Origin: an uncultured Pseudomonadales bacterium
GTDB taxonomy: Bacteria; Patescibacteriota; Microgenomatia; UBA1400; PJMF01
Direction of reading: 5' to 3'
Assembly (NCBI GenBank): GCA_964437755.1
Contig: CAYTIA010000001.1
Coordinates: forward strand, 45,658-109,657
DNA: 64,000 nucleotides
Below, piece by piece: positions 18,334-28,842 of this stretch (position 1 is its first letter; the number at the start of each line of letters is the position of its first letter). Under the pieces are notes generated by a model. The model saw nothing but the letters and a program-made list of their open reading frames with translations. It ran no database searches and was not told the DNA's origin. Both the position numbers and the translations under genes were made by a program.

Positions 18334-19620
18334 TTAAGAGTATTTCTCGTAATCCTGACCAACCAATTGGCTTTCAGCTTGTTTAGCTGTTTCTAAAATA
18401 ACTGATACAACAATTAAAACACTTGTTCCTCCAATTGCTAACGACTCCACACCCGTGATTGCTTGAGCGACAGATGGCAACAGAGCAATGAAGCCCAAGA
18501 ACAAAGCTCCAACAAAAGTAATTCTAATCACAACAAATTCCAAAAACTCTTTTGTAGCTTTACCAGGACGAACTCCAGGAATAAATGCTCCAGATTTTTT
18601 TAATTCGTCTGATAGATCTTCTGCATTAAAAAATAAAATAGCTGAAAAAAAAGTAAAAACAAAAACTAACATAAAATATGTCAGCAAATACAAAATTGAT
18701 GACTGATCAAACCACACCAATAACCACTCTCCAAAAGAAATAAGAGTTTCATTTGAAAGTGAGATAAATATTCTAGCTAAAAATGAAGGAACCAGCATTA
18801 ATGATAAGGCAAAAATAATAGGCATCACTCCAGCTACATTTACTCTTATTGGAAGGTGAGTTTTCTGTCCACCCAAAACTTTTCCACCCCTAATTCTTTT
18901 AGCATACTCAACAGTAACCTTTCGAACAGCCTCATTCATAAAAACTACCAGCGAAATTAACACTATGAATAATATAGCGAAGATAATTAAAGTTGAAATC
19001 TGTCCTACGCGAATCAAGAAACTTACCTGAGCTAACACCGAAGGAAGCTGACTAATGATTCCAGCAAACATGATCATTGATATGCCATTACCCAGACCAT
19101 ATTCAGAAATAAGCTCTCCCAACCACATAGAAACCATGGCTCCTGCAATTAAAGATGCAATAGCTGCTATCAAAGCCAAAGGACTCTTTTCAAACAGTAA
19201 GTTTTGAGATTGAAGTAGAGCTATCACCGAAATACTTTGAACTAAAGCAAGAGGAACCGCAATCATTCTTGTCCACTGATTAACTTTCATTTGTCCTGAT
19301 TCACCTTCTTTTTGCAATTCTTTAATTGAAGGAATCACCATTCCTGCCAGCTGCATAATAATAGATGCTGTAATATATGGATTAATTCCAACCGCAGCTA
19401 CTGAAAAACGAATTAAGGTTCCTCCAGAAAATATATTCAGTAAACTTAAAAAGTCGCTGCCTTCAAAAATGGATTGAATTTTGTTGACATCTGCCACCGA
19501 TACGGGAATGCTTGCCAGAATTCTAAAAGCAAAAATGATAATTGCTGTAAAAATGATTTTTTTACGGAGTTCTTTATTAGAAAATATTTTATTAGCAGTA
19601 TCTTTAATTTTGTTTAACAC
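18334..19620 (-). CDS. secY: preprotein translocase subunit SecY
   Basis: 428 aa, 10 TM; conserved position between rplO and adk. Confidence 0.9.
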   Translation of the reverse strand: MLNKIKDTANKIFSNKELRKKIIFTAIIIFAFRILASIPVSVADVNKIQSIFEGSDFLSLLNIFSGGTLIRFSVAAVGINPYITASIIMQLAGMVIPSIKELQKEGESGQMKVNQWTRMIAVPLALVQSISVIALLQSQNLLFEKSPLALIAAIASLIAGAMVSMWLGELISEYGLGNGISMIMFAGIISQLPSVLAQVSFLIRVGQISTLIIFAILFIVLISLVVFMNEAVRKVTVEYAKRIRGGKVLGGQKTHLPIRVNVAGVMPIIFALSLMLVPSFLARIFISLSNETLISFGEWLLVWFDQSSILYLLTYFMLVFVFTFFSAILFFNAEDLSDELKKSGAFIPGVRPGKATKEFLEFVVIRITFVGALFLGFIALLPSVAQAITGVESLAIGGTSVLIVVSVILETAKQAESQLVGQDYEKYS

Positions 19621-19680
19621 GGAGTGAAAAGATAATTATTGGCAGTTAAAAAAGTTTTACTCTCAAAAAATTAAAAGGAG

Positions 19681-20121
19681 CTATTCTTCAATAGACCCAC
19701 CCATCTTTACAATTTCTGTTGCGGCTCCCTTGGTTACACCAATCCCTCGAACCGTTACTTTTTTCTTTAATTTGCCTTTTTTAACAATTTTAGCTCTTTT
19801 GAAAGCTTTATCAATTATTCTATTAGCTTTAAGAGTTTCAAGGCTAATAACATCAAAATCAAACTGATTAATATGATTAAATGATATTTGGGCCACAGGC
19901 CTAACTACCTTAAATCGACCCTTACCTCTTAACATTGGCACTCTTTTTACCAAAGGAAGTGAACCTCCTTCAAACCAAAGAGGAATTTTGCTTCCAGTTC
20001 TTGAAATTTGCCCTTTTTGACCTCTATTGGTAGTGTGTCCACCCTTTCCAGAACCATAACCTCTTCCAAGGCGTTTGTTTTTTTTATGAGTGATTTTTAT
20101 TAGACTATTGAGTAAATTCAT
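19681..20121 (-). CDS. rplO: 50S ribosomal protein L15
   Basis: GRGYGSGKGGHTTNRGQKGQ. Confidence 0.9.
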   Translation of the reverse strand: MNLLNSLIKITHKKNKRLGRGYGSGKGGHTTNRGQKGQISRTGSKIPLWFEGGSLPLVKRVPMLRGKGRFKVVRPVAQISFNHINQFDFDVISLETLKANRIIDKAFKRAKIVKKGKLKKKVTVRGIGVTKGAATEIVKMGGSIEE

Positions 20122-20129
20122 GTCAGTTC

Positions 20130-20774
20130 TTATTTAGCTTCTTTTTTTGTAGCTGGTTTCTTCTTAACAACCTTTTTTGTAACATTAATTTTTTTCTTCT
20201 CCGAAACAGTTTTTGTCTGAGAAGTTTTTTCTGATGGTTTTACTTCTGTTAAAACTTTTTGGTCCTCAACTTGTTCTTGAATAGGCTTATCTTGCTCTAT
20301 TTTAATTCCCTTTATTTTTACTATTCTACTGATCTGCTTTAAAGCGTTAAAGGTTGCATGAACACTTGAAGCTTGATTATCACTACCTAAAATTTTTGCA
20401 GATACATCTTTAATACCAGCTGCCTCAACAACTGCACGAACAGGACCACCAGCAATAACTCCAGAACCTTTTGAGGCTGGCTTAAGTAAAACCTTTCCAG
20501 CTCCATGTTCTGCCTTAACTGAAAAGGGAATAGTTGTGCGATCTATAGGAACAACAATCATTTTTCTCTTTGCTTGTTTAATTCCTTTTTGAATAGCCGA
20601 AACAACATCCTTTGCTTTTCCTAAACCAACACCAACTTTACCTTTTTTATCTCCAACTACCATTAACGCAGTAAAACCCATCTGATCTCCACCCTTAGTT
20701 TTCTTAGAAACTCTAGAGATAGCTATTACTTTTTCTTCGTATTCTGATTGTTGTGGTTCTCTATGATTAGCCAT
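20130..20774 (-). CDS. rpsE: 30S ribosomal protein S5 with Lys-rich C-terminal extension
   Basis: GFTALMVVGDKKGKVGVGLGKAKDVVSAIQKG core; about 50 extra C-terminal residues (KKKINVTKKVVKKKPATKKEAK). Confidence 0.9.
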   Translation of the reverse strand: MANHREPQQSEYEEKVIAISRVSKKTKGGDQMGFTALMVVGDKKGKVGVGLGKAKDVVSAIQKGIKQAKRKMIVVPIDRTTIPFSVKAEHGAGKVLLKPASKGSGVIAGGPVRAVVEAAGIKDVSAKILGSDNQASSVHATFNALKQISRIVKIKGIKIEQDKPIQEQVEDQKVLTEVKPSEKTSQTKTVSEKKKINVTKKVVKKKPATKKEAK

Positions 20775-20790
20775 ATTTTTCTTTTTTCAA

Positions 20791-21147
20791 TTAAAAGTCA
20801 ATTCCCTCTGATCTCAAAGCTTCAGCTAAAGCTTTAACTCTACCGTGATATCGATATGAGCCACGATCAAAAACAAGTTTGCTGATTTTCTGCTTTTTCA
20901 TTTTATTTGCAATATCCTGCGCCACTTGTTTAGCACGTTCTGTTTTCGTTCCTTTAATTTTAGTTTCTTTCCCCATATCGCTTGATCCAAGTAGAACCTT
21001 TCCTGTTTCATCATTTATCAATTGAGCACTAATGTGCTCATTAGAACGATATACAGACAATCTAGGTCTATCAGCAGAACCAAAAAGTTTTTTTCTGACG
21101 GACATTGCTCTTCTGATTGATTTTCTTCTATGTTTTACTTGATTCAT
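20791..21147 (-). CDS. rplR: 50S ribosomal protein L18
   Basis: RPRLSVYRSNEHISAQLINDETGKVL. Confidence 0.9.
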   Translation of the reverse strand: MNQVKHRRKSIRRAMSVRKKLFGSADRPRLSVYRSNEHISAQLINDETGKVLLGSSDMGKETKIKGTKTERAKQVAQDIANKMKKQKISKLVFDRGSYRYHGRVKALAEALRSEGIDF

Positions 21148-21158
21148 TTTCTACCTTA

Positions 21159-21713
21159 TTATTTCTCTACGGCTGCCTTACCTGGCTTAATCTTAACAAC
21201 CTCGTCTTCATATCTAACACCTTTGCCCTTATAAGGTTCTGGAGGTCTTGTTGATCTAATATCGGCAGCAAATTGACCAACTGCCTGCTTATCAATACCG
21301 CTAACAATAATTGTATCTTCTCCTTCAATATCAATAAGTACTCCCTGAGGAGGACTCATTTCAACTGGATGAGAAAAACCCAATGCCATCTCGATACCTT
21401 GTCCTTTTTTCTTAACTCTGTAACCAGTGCCTATTAACTTAAGAGTTGTTTTGTAGCCTTGAGTAACTCCAATCACATGATTGTTAATTAAACTTCGTAC
21501 TAAACCATGAAATGATCTTGTTTGTTTATCTTGACGAGATCTATCAACGCGAACCTCATCATCCTTCACCTCAACTTTTATACCTTCAAAATTAGGTGCC
21601 GATAAATTTCCCTTAGGACCACTTATTTTTATCTCGCTTTCAGTTACCTCGATTTTAACTCCCGAGGGAACTTTGATGGGTGTTTTTCCTATTTTTGACA
21701 TTATTATTACCAA
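21159..21713 (-). CDS. rplF: 50S ribosomal protein L6
   Basis: MSKIGKTPIKVPSGVKIEV...LIGTGYRV. Confidence 0.9.
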   Translation of the reverse strand: MVIIMSKIGKTPIKVPSGVKIEVTESEIKISGPKGNLSAPNFEGIKVEVKDDEVRVDRSRQDKQTRSFHGLVRSLINNHVIGVTQGYKTTLKLIGTGYRVKKKGQGIEMALGFSHPVEMSPPQGVLIDIEGEDTIIVSGIDKQAVGQFAADIRSTRPPEPYKGKGVRYEDEVVKIKPGKAAVEK

Positions 21714-22102
21714 ATTTTACAAATTAACTCACCTCCGACATTCAGCTTATTCGCTTCTTTATCGGTTAATATTCCCTTGTTTGTTGACACAATCGTTATT
21801 CCATAACCATTTAAACTTTCCGGTATAGAATCTTTTCCTGAATACAATCTTCTACCTGGTTTTGAGATTCTCTCAATTCCAGATATAGCTGGTAAATCAT
21901 CTACATATCTCAAGACTAAGACCAACTCTTTTTGAGGAGTCTTATCTTCGATATTCACTTCACTAACATACCCATTTTCCTTCAGTTTATAAGCAATGGC
22001 TTCCTTCATTTTTGAGTGAGGCATCTTCACCTGTAAGTTTGCACTTAATAGCGCATTCTTAATTCTGATCAACATGTCTCCGATTGGATCTGTAATAAGC
22101 AT
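21707..22102 (-). CDS. rpsH: 30S ribosomal protein S8
   Basis: MLITDPIGDMLIRIKNA...GYGITIVSTNKGILTDKEA. Confidence 0.9.
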   Translation of the reverse strand: MLITDPIGDMLIRIKNALLSANLQVKMPHSKMKEAIAYKLKENGYVSEVNIEDKTPQKELVLVLRYVDDLPAISGIERISKPGRRLYSGKDSIPESLNGYGITIVSTNKGILTDKEANKLNVGGELICKIW

Positions 22103-22112
22103 ATTATTATTC

Positions 22113-22355
22113 TTACTTACTTGACTTAGTAACTCCTGGTAATTCGCCCTTTGAGGCCATTTCTCTAAACTGTAAACGACTCAAACCAAAGTATCTCATG
22201 AATCCTCTAGCACGACCGGTTATTTTACAGCGATTTACGCCACGAGTCGATACCCGATTCTCTTTTCGCTTACCTTTACTCAAAAAGTTTTCAAAATACT
22301 CTTTTCTTTTCTCTAGAAGTCTTTGTGATTTGATAGTTTTAGATATTTTAGCCAT
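22113..22355 (-). CDS. rpsN: 30S ribosomal protein S14 (80 aa)
   Basis: [39 protein letters not shown]; position between rplE and rpsH. Confidence 0.85.
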   Translation of the reverse strand: MAKISKTIKSQRLLEKRKEYFENFLSKGKRKENRVSTRGVNRCKITGRARGFMRYFGLSRLQFREMASKGELPGVTKSSK

Positions 22356-22364
22356 AATTCTTCT

Positions 22365-22919
22365 TTATTCTTCTTTAGCAAAAGGCATTCCTAATAACTC
22401 CAGCAACCTAAACGCTTCAGAGTTACTATTAGTATCTGTTTTAATATTAACTTGTAAACTTCTAACTGAATCAATTTTATCGAAATTTAACTCAACAAAA
22501 ACAATTTGTTCTTCAATACCCAAGCTATAATTTCCATGACCATCAAAGGCTGTTTTAGAAACTCCTCTAAAATCTTTAACTCTTGGAAGAGCTATGGAAA
22601 TTAGTTTATCTAAAAATTGCCACATGCGCTCACCTCTGAGAGTTACTTTCAATCCCAAAGGGTCTCCTTGTCGTAAAGCAAAGTTAGCAACAGCTTTCTT
22701 TGCAAAAGTTACCACTGGTTTTTGCCCTGAGATGATCTCAATTTGAGTAGCGACATTATCAATAACTTTTCTTCTTTCTCTAGCATCTGCGGGTTGAGAA
22801 ATCCCAATATTTATTGATATTTGTTTTACTTTAGGAACTGCAAACTCACTCTTAATTTTAAGTTCTTTTTGCAAAACTGGTAAAACTTCTTGCTGGTATT
22901 TTTGCTTTAATCGATTCAT
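22365..22919 (-). CDS. rplE: 50S ribosomal protein L5
   Basis: [20 protein letters not shown]...FRGVSKTAFDGHGNYSLGIEEQIVF. Confidence 0.9.
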   Translation of the reverse strand: MNRLKQKYQQEVLPVLQKELKIKSEFAVPKVKQISINIGISQPADARERRKVIDNVATQIEIISGQKPVVTFAKKAVANFALRQGDPLGLKVTLRGERMWQFLDKLISIALPRVKDFRGVSKTAFDGHGNYSLGIEEQIVFVELNFDKIDSVRSLQVNIKTDTNSNSEAFRLLELLGMPFAKEE

Positions 22920-23335
22920 TTTTTGGCAACGCTTTTAGTTTTTGACGTATTCTTTTTTGTTTTTACTTCTGCGGTTTTCTTCTCTGATTTCTTATCAGCA
23001 TTATTTTTAACTTCTTTTTTCTCTTGGTCTATAACAGACTTAGTTTTTTTAAAGATTCTTACTTTTTTCCCATTCTTATCAACTTTATATCCAACTCTAT
23101 CAGCTTGATCTTTTTCATTAAGTATTGCGACTTTCGCTGTTGATAAGGGTCTTTCTTTTCTTATCCTTTCGCCAGGTCTATTAAGCATTGGAATAGGCTT
23201 AACATGCTTAACATAATAATTTGCACCCTTAACTGTCACCTCATTTGTTTTAGGGAAAATCTCAACAATCTCACTTTTTAAGCCCTTGTCTTTCCCTGCA
23301 GTAACTAATACTTTGTCGCCTACTTTAAATTTCAT
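22916..23335 (-). CDS. rplX: 50S ribosomal protein L24 with Lys-rich C-terminal extension
   Basis: [26 protein letters not shown]... followed by an about 35-aa K-rich tail. Confidence 0.9.
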   Translation of the reverse strand: MKFKVGDKVLVTAGKDKGLKSEIVEIFPKTNEVTVKGANYYVKHVKPIPMLNRPGERIRKERPLSTAKVAILNEKDQADRVGYKVDKNGKKVRIFKKTKSVIDQEKKEVKNNADKKSEKKTAEVKTKKNTSKTKSVAKK

Positions 23336-23706
23336 AATACCTCCGGTGCCAAACTTGCAATTTTGGTAAATCCATTATTTTTAACTTCACGAGCTACTGG
23401 ACCAAAAATTCTGGTTCCAAGTGGCATTGGTTTAGTTTTAGACTCAATAATAACTGCTGCATTGTCATCAAAACGAATATATTCTCCGCTACTTCTTCGT
23501 TTTTCTTTTCTGGTACGCACTATAACTGCTTGAACCTTTGTACCACGAGGTAGTTTTGAGTTTGCATCCGCATCTATAACTGAAGCAGAAACAACATCAC
23601 CAACATAACCAAATTTTCTTTTTGATCCACCATAAACTTGAATCACCCTAATCTTTTTGGCTCCGCTATTATCAGCAATAGTTAAAACTGATCTTAATTG
23701 TATCAT
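23332..23706 (-). CDS. rplN: 50S ribosomal protein L14
   Basis: [24 protein letters not shown]. Confidence 0.9.
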   Translation of the reverse strand: MIQLRSVLTIADNSGAKKIRVIQVYGGSKRKFGYVGDVVSASVIDADANSKLPRGTKVQAVIVRTRKEKRRSSGEYIRFDDNAAVIIESKTKPMPLGTRIFGPVAREVKNNGFTKIASLAPEVL

Positions 23707-23711
23707 TGTTT

Positions 23712-23960
23712 TTACTTTTCTTGACTAACAACCTCCACAACTTTAAAGTGTTTGGTTTTACTAATTGGTCGACATTCTTGAATTATTACTTTATCTCCAA
23801 TTTTTAATTCTAAGTTCTCTACGTGAGATGGAAACTTTTTACTTCTGTTAATAATCTTATGATATAAAGGATGTTTCCAATTTCTCGATACCTCAACTGA
23901 AACAGTCTTTTGATTTGCGAGTGATACTACTGTGCCTGTAAAAGTTTTCATATAATTCAA
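23712..23960 (-). CDS. rpsQ: 30S ribosomal protein S17
   Basis: [33 protein letters not shown]. Confidence 0.9.
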   Translation of the reverse strand: MNYMKTFTGTVVSLANQKTVSVEVSRNWKHPLYHKIINRSKKFPSHVENLELKIGDKVIIQECRPISKTKHFKVVEVVSQEK

Positions 23961-23963
23961 ATA

Positions 23964-24209
23964 TTATTTTGTTGAGTTTTCCTTATTCTCACTATTCGCT
24001 ATTTTTTCTTCTTGTTGTTTTTTTAAAGTTAAAACTGTTTTTAATTTTGCCACTTCTTTACGTAATCTGTAAACTTTACTTGAATCTTCGAGTTTATTCG
24101 CAGATAAAGCCAATCTAGCTTGAACAAGTTCTAGCTGGGTCTTTTCAAGCCTTTCTAACAACTGCTTGATTGTACTCTCGTGTAAAGCTGAAAGATCATT
24201 TTTTTTCAT
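23964..24209 (-). CDS. rpmC: 50S ribosomal protein L29
   Basis: 81-aa helical protein ELVQARLALSANKLEDSSKVYRLRKEVAKLKT between rplP and rpsQ. Confidence 0.85.
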   Translation of the reverse strand: MKKNDLSALHESTIKQLLERLEKTQLELVQARLALSANKLEDSSKVYRLRKEVAKLKTVLTLKKQQEEKIANSENKENSTK

Positions 24210-24620
24210 TTACTTATCTTTTGTTACAAACTTCGTTTTAACAGGTAATTTACAAGCAGCTTTTTCAAAAGCATCTCTTGCAGTCTGCTCATCAACACCG
24301 CTTAACTCAAATAATATCGTACCTGGTCTAATCTTAACTTGATAATGATCGGTTGCACCTTTTCCTGAACCCATTTTTACTCCAACTGGCTTTTTTGATA
24401 CAGGATGATCTGGAAAAACCCTAATCCAATACTTTCCACTTCTTTTTGTTACAAAAGTAATCTTTTTTCTAGCAGCTTCTAAAGCTCTAGCTTGAATTCT
24501 TCCTCTTTCTACCGCCTTTAGTCCATATTCACCAAAATCAACCGTAGTTCTGCTCTTGGCTATACCTTTATTTCTACCTCTAAACTCTTTTCTAAATTTT
24601 CTACGTTTTGGTTGCAACAT
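24210..24620 (-). CDS. rplP: 50S ribosomal protein L16
   Basis: MLQPKRRKFRKEFRGRNKGIA. Confidence 0.9.
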   Translation of the reverse strand: MLQPKRRKFRKEFRGRNKGIAKSRTTVDFGEYGLKAVERGRIQARALEAARKKITFVTKRSGKYWIRVFPDHPVSKKPVGVKMGSGKGATDHYQVKIRPGTILFELSGVDEQTARDAFEKAACKLPVKTKFVTKDK

Positions 24621-24649
24621 ATCTGTTCTTGTTTAAATATCTCTTAAAC

Positions 24650-25312
24650 TTATTCCTCTACCTTTTCTCCTTTATAAATCCAAACCTTAATTCCCACATA
24701 GCCACTTCTGGTTTTAGCGGGTTGCTCATAATAATCAATAACTGCTCTTAGTGTTTGGGTGGGAACCGAACCTTTGAAATATTTTTCAGTTCTTCCAATT
24801 TCCGCACCAGCAATTCTTCCCGAAAGCTGTATTTTAACACCTTTTGCTCCCGCTGACATCACCTTTTCCAATGCTTGTAAAACAGCTCGTCTGTGAGGAT
24901 ATCTGCCAACTAGCTGAGTAATTAACCTTTCGGCTACTAATTTTGCACTTAATTCTGGTTGATTAAGTTCATCAACTTTGATATTTACTCTTGTAGCTTT
25001 TCCAGATTCGTCGTTTCCGCTCTGAGCTAACATCTTTTCAACATCTTTTTTAATCTCCTCTAAATTAGCACCACCTTTGCCTATCACAACACCTGGTCTG
25101 CTAACTTTTAAAACAATCTTGATTGTTGAGAGCGAGCGCTCAATCTCTACTTGGTCTAATCCTGCTGCTACTAATTTTTCGTTTAAATACTGTCGCAACT
25201 TGAAATCCTCAATTACTTTGTTTGAGTAATCGTGTCTATCTGCATACCATCTTGATTTCCAAGAGTATGTATTGCCTAATCTATATAGTACTGGATTAAC
25301 TTTTTGTCCCAT
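24650..25312 (-). CDS. rpsC: 30S ribosomal protein S3
   Basis: MGQKVNPVLYRLGNTYSWKSRWYA ... KH domain. Confidence 0.9.
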   Translation of the reverse strand: MGQKVNPVLYRLGNTYSWKSRWYADRHDYSNKVIEDFKLRQYLNEKLVAAGLDQVEIERSLSTIKIVLKVSRPGVVIGKGGANLEEIKKDVEKMLAQSGNDESGKATRVNIKVDELNQPELSAKLVAERLITQLVGRYPHRRAVLQALEKVMSAGAKGVKIQLSGRIAGAEIGRTEKYFKGSVPTQTLRAVIDYYEQPAKTRSGYVGIKVWIYKGEKVEE

Positions 25313-25316
25313 TTTA

Positions 25317-25847
25317 TTATTTTTTATTATTGCTTGTTGATTTTTTATTTACTGATGATTTCTTTTTTGCAGTAGCCTTTTTAGTCTCTTGTTTATCTTT
25401 TATTGACTTCACCTTGGTAGATTTTTCCTCAACCTTCTTAGTGATTTTTTTATCTTCCGCTTTAACTACTTTTTCAATTTTTTTGATTTTAGTCTCGACT
25501 GGTTCTTTATCGTTTTCTTTAGTTTTTAGAATAACTTCCACATGACAAGTCTTTTTAAGAATCTTGTGAGCTCTCCCTCTTGAAACAGGTTGCCAACGCT
25601 TATAAGTTGTGCCTGCTTTAACCAAGATATTATCTAACTCAAGATCATCGAGAGTTAATTGATGATTGTTAACCGCATTTGCCACAGCTTGTCTCATTAC
25701 TTTTAACAAAACAACTGTCGATTTACGATTCATCAAAGCCAACTGAGAAAAAGCATCTTTTAGTGATAACCTTTTCACTTGATTTGCAATTAACCTCACT
25801 TTGCGAGGTGATTGTCTTGAATTTTTTTGTTCTGCTTTAATTTTCAT
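25317..25847 (-). CDS. rplV: 50S ribosomal protein L22 with Lys-rich C-terminal extension
   Basis: L22 core (QSPRKVRLIANQVKRLSLKDAFSQLALMNRKS...RGRAHKILKKTCHVEVIL) plus an about 60-aa K-rich tail. Confidence 0.9.
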   Translation of the reverse strand: MKIKAEQKNSRQSPRKVRLIANQVKRLSLKDAFSQLALMNRKSTVVLLKVMRQAVANAVNNHQLTLDDLELDNILVKAGTTYKRWQPVSRGRAHKILKKTCHVEVILKTKENDKEPVETKIKKIEKVVKAEDKKITKKVEEKSTKVKSIKDKQETKKATAKKKSSVNKKSTSNNKK

Positions 25848-25855
25848 GTAATACC

Positions 25856-26140
25856 TTATGTCTTAGACAATGTACGTTTCACCATACGACCATGTCCCCT
25901 GAACGTTCTTGTCAAAGCAAATTCTCCTAATCGATGTCCTACCATTCCCTCTGAAACAAATACTTCATTAAAACTTCTGCCATTATGAACCAAGAATGTA
26001 TGTCCAACAAAGTCCGGAGCAATCATCGAGGCTCTACTCCAAGTTTTAATTGGTTGCTTGTCATTAGTTCTTTTTTGCTCATGAACTTTTTCAAGCAAAA
26101 TTTGATCTATGTATGGTCCTTTTTTACTACTTCTTGACAT
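25856..26140 (-). CDS. rpsS: 30S ribosomal protein S19
   Basis: [38 protein letters not shown]. Confidence 0.9.
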   Translation of the reverse strand: MSRSSKKGPYIDQILLEKVHEQKRTNDKQPIKTWSRASMIAPDFVGHTFLVHNGRSFNEVFVSEGMVGHRLGEFALTRTFRGHGRMVKRTLSKT

Positions 26141-26145
26141 GATTT

Positions 26146-26985
26146 TTAATTACTTTTAACTCTTCGATCTTTAATAATGTACTTATTTGAAAACTTATTT
26201 TTCCTAGTTTTCTTTCCCGGAGAAGCAATCTTTCCCCATGGGGTCTTTGCATACTTCAAGCCAACTCCGCTTCTGCCTTCACCACCACCGTGTGGGTGAG
26301 AATCTGGATGCTGTGCAGTACCGCGAACAGTGGGTCGAATTCCCATTAAACGTTTTCTTCCCGCTTTACCAAGTTTTCTGTTTTTCCAATCTTTGTTTCC
26401 AATTTGTCCGATTGTAGCGAAACAGTCAATTCTAATCAACCGATGTTCTTTAGAAGGAAGTTGAACAGTAGCATAATCTCCTTCTTTTGATTGAATTAAA
26501 GCTGCGGTCCCAGCACCTCTAACAATCTGTCCACCTTTACCAACTCTTAACTCTAAATTATGAATTGGCATTCCTACAGGAATTTTTGATAAAGGTAAAG
26601 CATTTCCTGGCCTTATCTCTGCCTGTTCTCCTGCCATGATCTTATCGCCAACTTTTAATTGATCTGGAGCTAAAATATATCTTTTCTCTCCGTCAACATA
26701 AAAAATTAAAGCAATATTTGCACTTCTCATTGGATCATATTCAATACTCTTGACCTCTCCAACAATATCTTTTTTGTTTCTCTTAAAATCGATTACTCTT
26801 TCTTTTTTCTTAACTCCGCCACCGCGATGTCTAACAGTAACATGACCTTTAAAACCACGACCCTGACGTTTTTTGAAGCCTTTGCGTAATAATGATTTTT
26901 CAGGTTTATCGCTTGTTAACTCATTATTAACCAAGTTGATTTGGTGTCTGACTCCGGCTGATGTTGGATTCTTCTTTTTTAACAT
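26146..26985 (-). CDS. rplB: 50S ribosomal protein L2
   Basis: [16 protein letters not shown]-like [13 protein letters not shown] ... [17 protein letters not shown]. Confidence 0.9.
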   Translation of the reverse strand: MLKKKNPTSAGVRHQINLVNNELTSDKPEKSLLRKGFKKRQGRGFKGHVTVRHRGGGVKKKERVIDFKRNKKDIVGEVKSIEYDPMRSANIALIFYVDGEKRYILAPDQLKVGDKIMAGEQAEIRPGNALPLSKIPVGMPIHNLELRVGKGGQIVRGAGTAALIQSKEGDYATVQLPSKEHRLIRIDCFATIGQIGNKDWKNRKLGKAGRKRLMGIRPTVRGTAQHPDSHPHGGGEGRSGVGLKYAKTPWGKIASPGKKTRKNKFSNKYIIKDRRVKSN

Positions 26986-26986
26986 A

Positions 26987-27283
26987 CTAGTTTGCGCTTA
27001 CATCAAACAGTTCAATTGTTTGACCCTCTGGTAACTTAACCATAGCTTTTTTACTTGACGTTGATAGCTTAGGCATTCTTTTCTTGCCAACATTTCGTCT
27101 TTTACTTGGCATTAATTGAGTATTTATTTTTTCAACTTTTACCTCAAAAATACTTTCAATAGCCGATTGAATTTGAGTCTTAGTTGCTTTGTAATCAACC
27201 TCAAAAACATAAACATTTTGCTCATTGGCAAGTTGTAATGTTTTTTCAGTAATTAATGGTCTTTTTATTAAACTTGTTTTCAT
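26987..27283 (-). CDS. rplW: 50S ribosomal protein L23
   Basis: IKRPLITEKTLQLANEQNVYVFEVDYKATKTQI. Confidence 0.9.
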   Translation of the reverse strand: MKTSLIKRPLITEKTLQLANEQNVYVFEVDYKATKTQIQSAIESIFEVKVEKINTQLMPSKRRNVGKKRMPKLSTSSKKAMVKLPEGQTIELFDVSAN

Positions 27284-27287
27284 TTAT

Positions 27288-27944
27288 CTACTTTTCAGAT
27301 TTTGCTCTTTTTTCAAGTACTTCTAATGCTTTACTTGTAACAATGATTTTGTGAGCCTTCACTACGGCCAAAGTATTTAATATTCTGGCAGTTAACACAG
27401 TAATATTGGGAATATTCTTAACAGCTCGTTGCATCTTATCACTCTTTTGATCAACTACAATTAACAACTTACTCTCAGTTAAAGAAAATTTCTCATCATT
27501 AAATTTTTTGACAATTTTTTCTAAAAGTTCAACAGCCTCTTTAGTTTTACCTGACAAGTTTTCTAATTCGTCATTAACGAAAATATTACTTGATTGAGCT
27601 GTTAAAGCTGCAGATAAAGCCTTTATTTTTAAAGTTTTGGTAAGAGTTTTTTTCCAGTTTTCTTCACCAGTAGGACCATGAGAAACACCTCCACCAACAA
27701 AGATGTTGGCATCCTTGGCACCATGACGAGCTCCTCCAGTTCCTTTTTGTCGATACCATTTTTTGGTAGTTCGAGATACTTCTCCTCTGGTTTTGGTTTT
27801 ACTCGTTCCTTGACGCTGATTACTTAAATATACTCTTATAGCTTGTGCCAATAAAACAGCATTTGGTTGATCAAAAAGAACATCACTCACTTTTATTTGT
27901 GTGTTCTTGGTAGCGCTGGTACTTTTAATTAAATCTAGTTTCAT
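27288..27944 (-). CDS. rplD: 50S ribosomal protein L4
   Basis: WYRQKGTGGARHGAKDANIFVGGGVSHGP. Confidence 0.9.
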   Translation of the reverse strand: MKLDLIKSTSATKNTQIKVSDVLFDQPNAVLLAQAIRVYLSNQRQGTSKTKTRGEVSRTTKKWYRQKGTGGARHGAKDANIFVGGGVSHGPTGEENWKKTLTKTLKIKALSAALTAQSSNIFVNDELENLSGKTKEAVELLEKIVKKFNDEKFSLTESKLLIVVDQKSDKMQRAVKNIPNITVLTARILNTLAVVKAHKIIVTSKALEVLEKRAKSEK

Positions 27945-27949
27945 TTCTT

Positions 27950-28780
27950 TTATTTTTCTGATTTTGCTTCTTGTTTTGATTCTTCTTCCGTAGCAGCTTG
28001 CTCTGTGACGACATCATCAGTTTTTGTTTCAACCAGTTCCTCTTTCTTTTCATCTACCTTGATACCAGAAGCTTCTAAGTTTAGATCAATTTTTTTACTG
28101 CTTCCAGTCTTACTAACTTTGATAATAGAGTTTATATGACCTGGAACTGGTCCATTTAGCCAAATTTCATTTGACTCTTGGTCAATATGAATAACTGTTA
28201 GATTAGCTACTGTAATATTTTCAACACCAAAATGCCCAGGCATTCTTTTACCCTTCCAAACTTTACCTGGAGTTTGACTACCAATTGAACCAACGGCTCG
28301 ACTTCGATCTGATTGACCCTGAGTTTTAGGTCCACCGCTCATTCCGTGACGTTTGATAACTCCACTAAAGCCTCTTCCTTTAGATACTCCTTGAACTGTA
28401 ACCACATCTCCTACAGATAAAACATCATTAATCTCAACTATTTTACCCACTTTATAATCTTTGTTTGCACTTTCAGCTTCTTCTAGCAAAGGAATTCTTA
28501 CTCCTTTAATCTGTTTAAAGCCAAAAGAAAAACCGCTCTTTTCTATAATAGTTCTGAGCGGTTTGGTTGTATTTTTAAGCTTCTTTTTTCCGTAACCAAT
28601 TTCTAAAATTAAGTGTGGTTTTTGAGAGAACTGCGTGCCACTTCTATCTGTAATAAAACATTTTTGTTGGCCCAAAATCACGTTCTCATCAACTCTGCAA
28701 CGAGTTACAGGCAACCTCTTGCCCTGTTTTGTCCAGACTTGAGTCATTTCCCTTTTGGTAGCAAAAATTGTGTCTAACAT
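27950..28780 (-). CDS. rplC: 50S ribosomal protein L3 with acidic/Lys-rich C-terminal extension
   Basis: L3 core (KGKRMPGHFG ...) plus an about 60-aa tail ending EESKQEAKSEK. Confidence 0.9.
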   Translation of the reverse strand: MLDTIFATKREMTQVWTKQGKRLPVTRCRVDENVILGQQKCFITDRSGTQFSQKPHLILEIGYGKKKLKNTTKPLRTIIEKSGFSFGFKQIKGVRIPLLEEAESANKDYKVGKIVEINDVLSVGDVVTVQGVSKGRGFSGVIKRHGMSGGPKTQGQSDRSRAVGSIGSQTPGKVWKGKRMPGHFGVENITVANLTVIHIDQESNEIWLNGPVPGHINSIIKVSKTGSSKKIDLNLEASGIKVDEKKEELVETKTDDVVTEQAATEEESKQEAKSEK

Positions 28781-28842
28781 GCTTTTTTCTATTTTTCGTG
28801 CAAATAATTCTCACTAGGATACATTAACTAATATGACAGTTG

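Noticed and set aside
20122-20129. Searched for rpmD (L30) between rpsE and rplO and for map after adk
   Set aside because: Only 8 bp separate rpsE and rplO, and 98 bp with no ORF separate adk and infA. These genes are genuinely absent from this locus, not missed.
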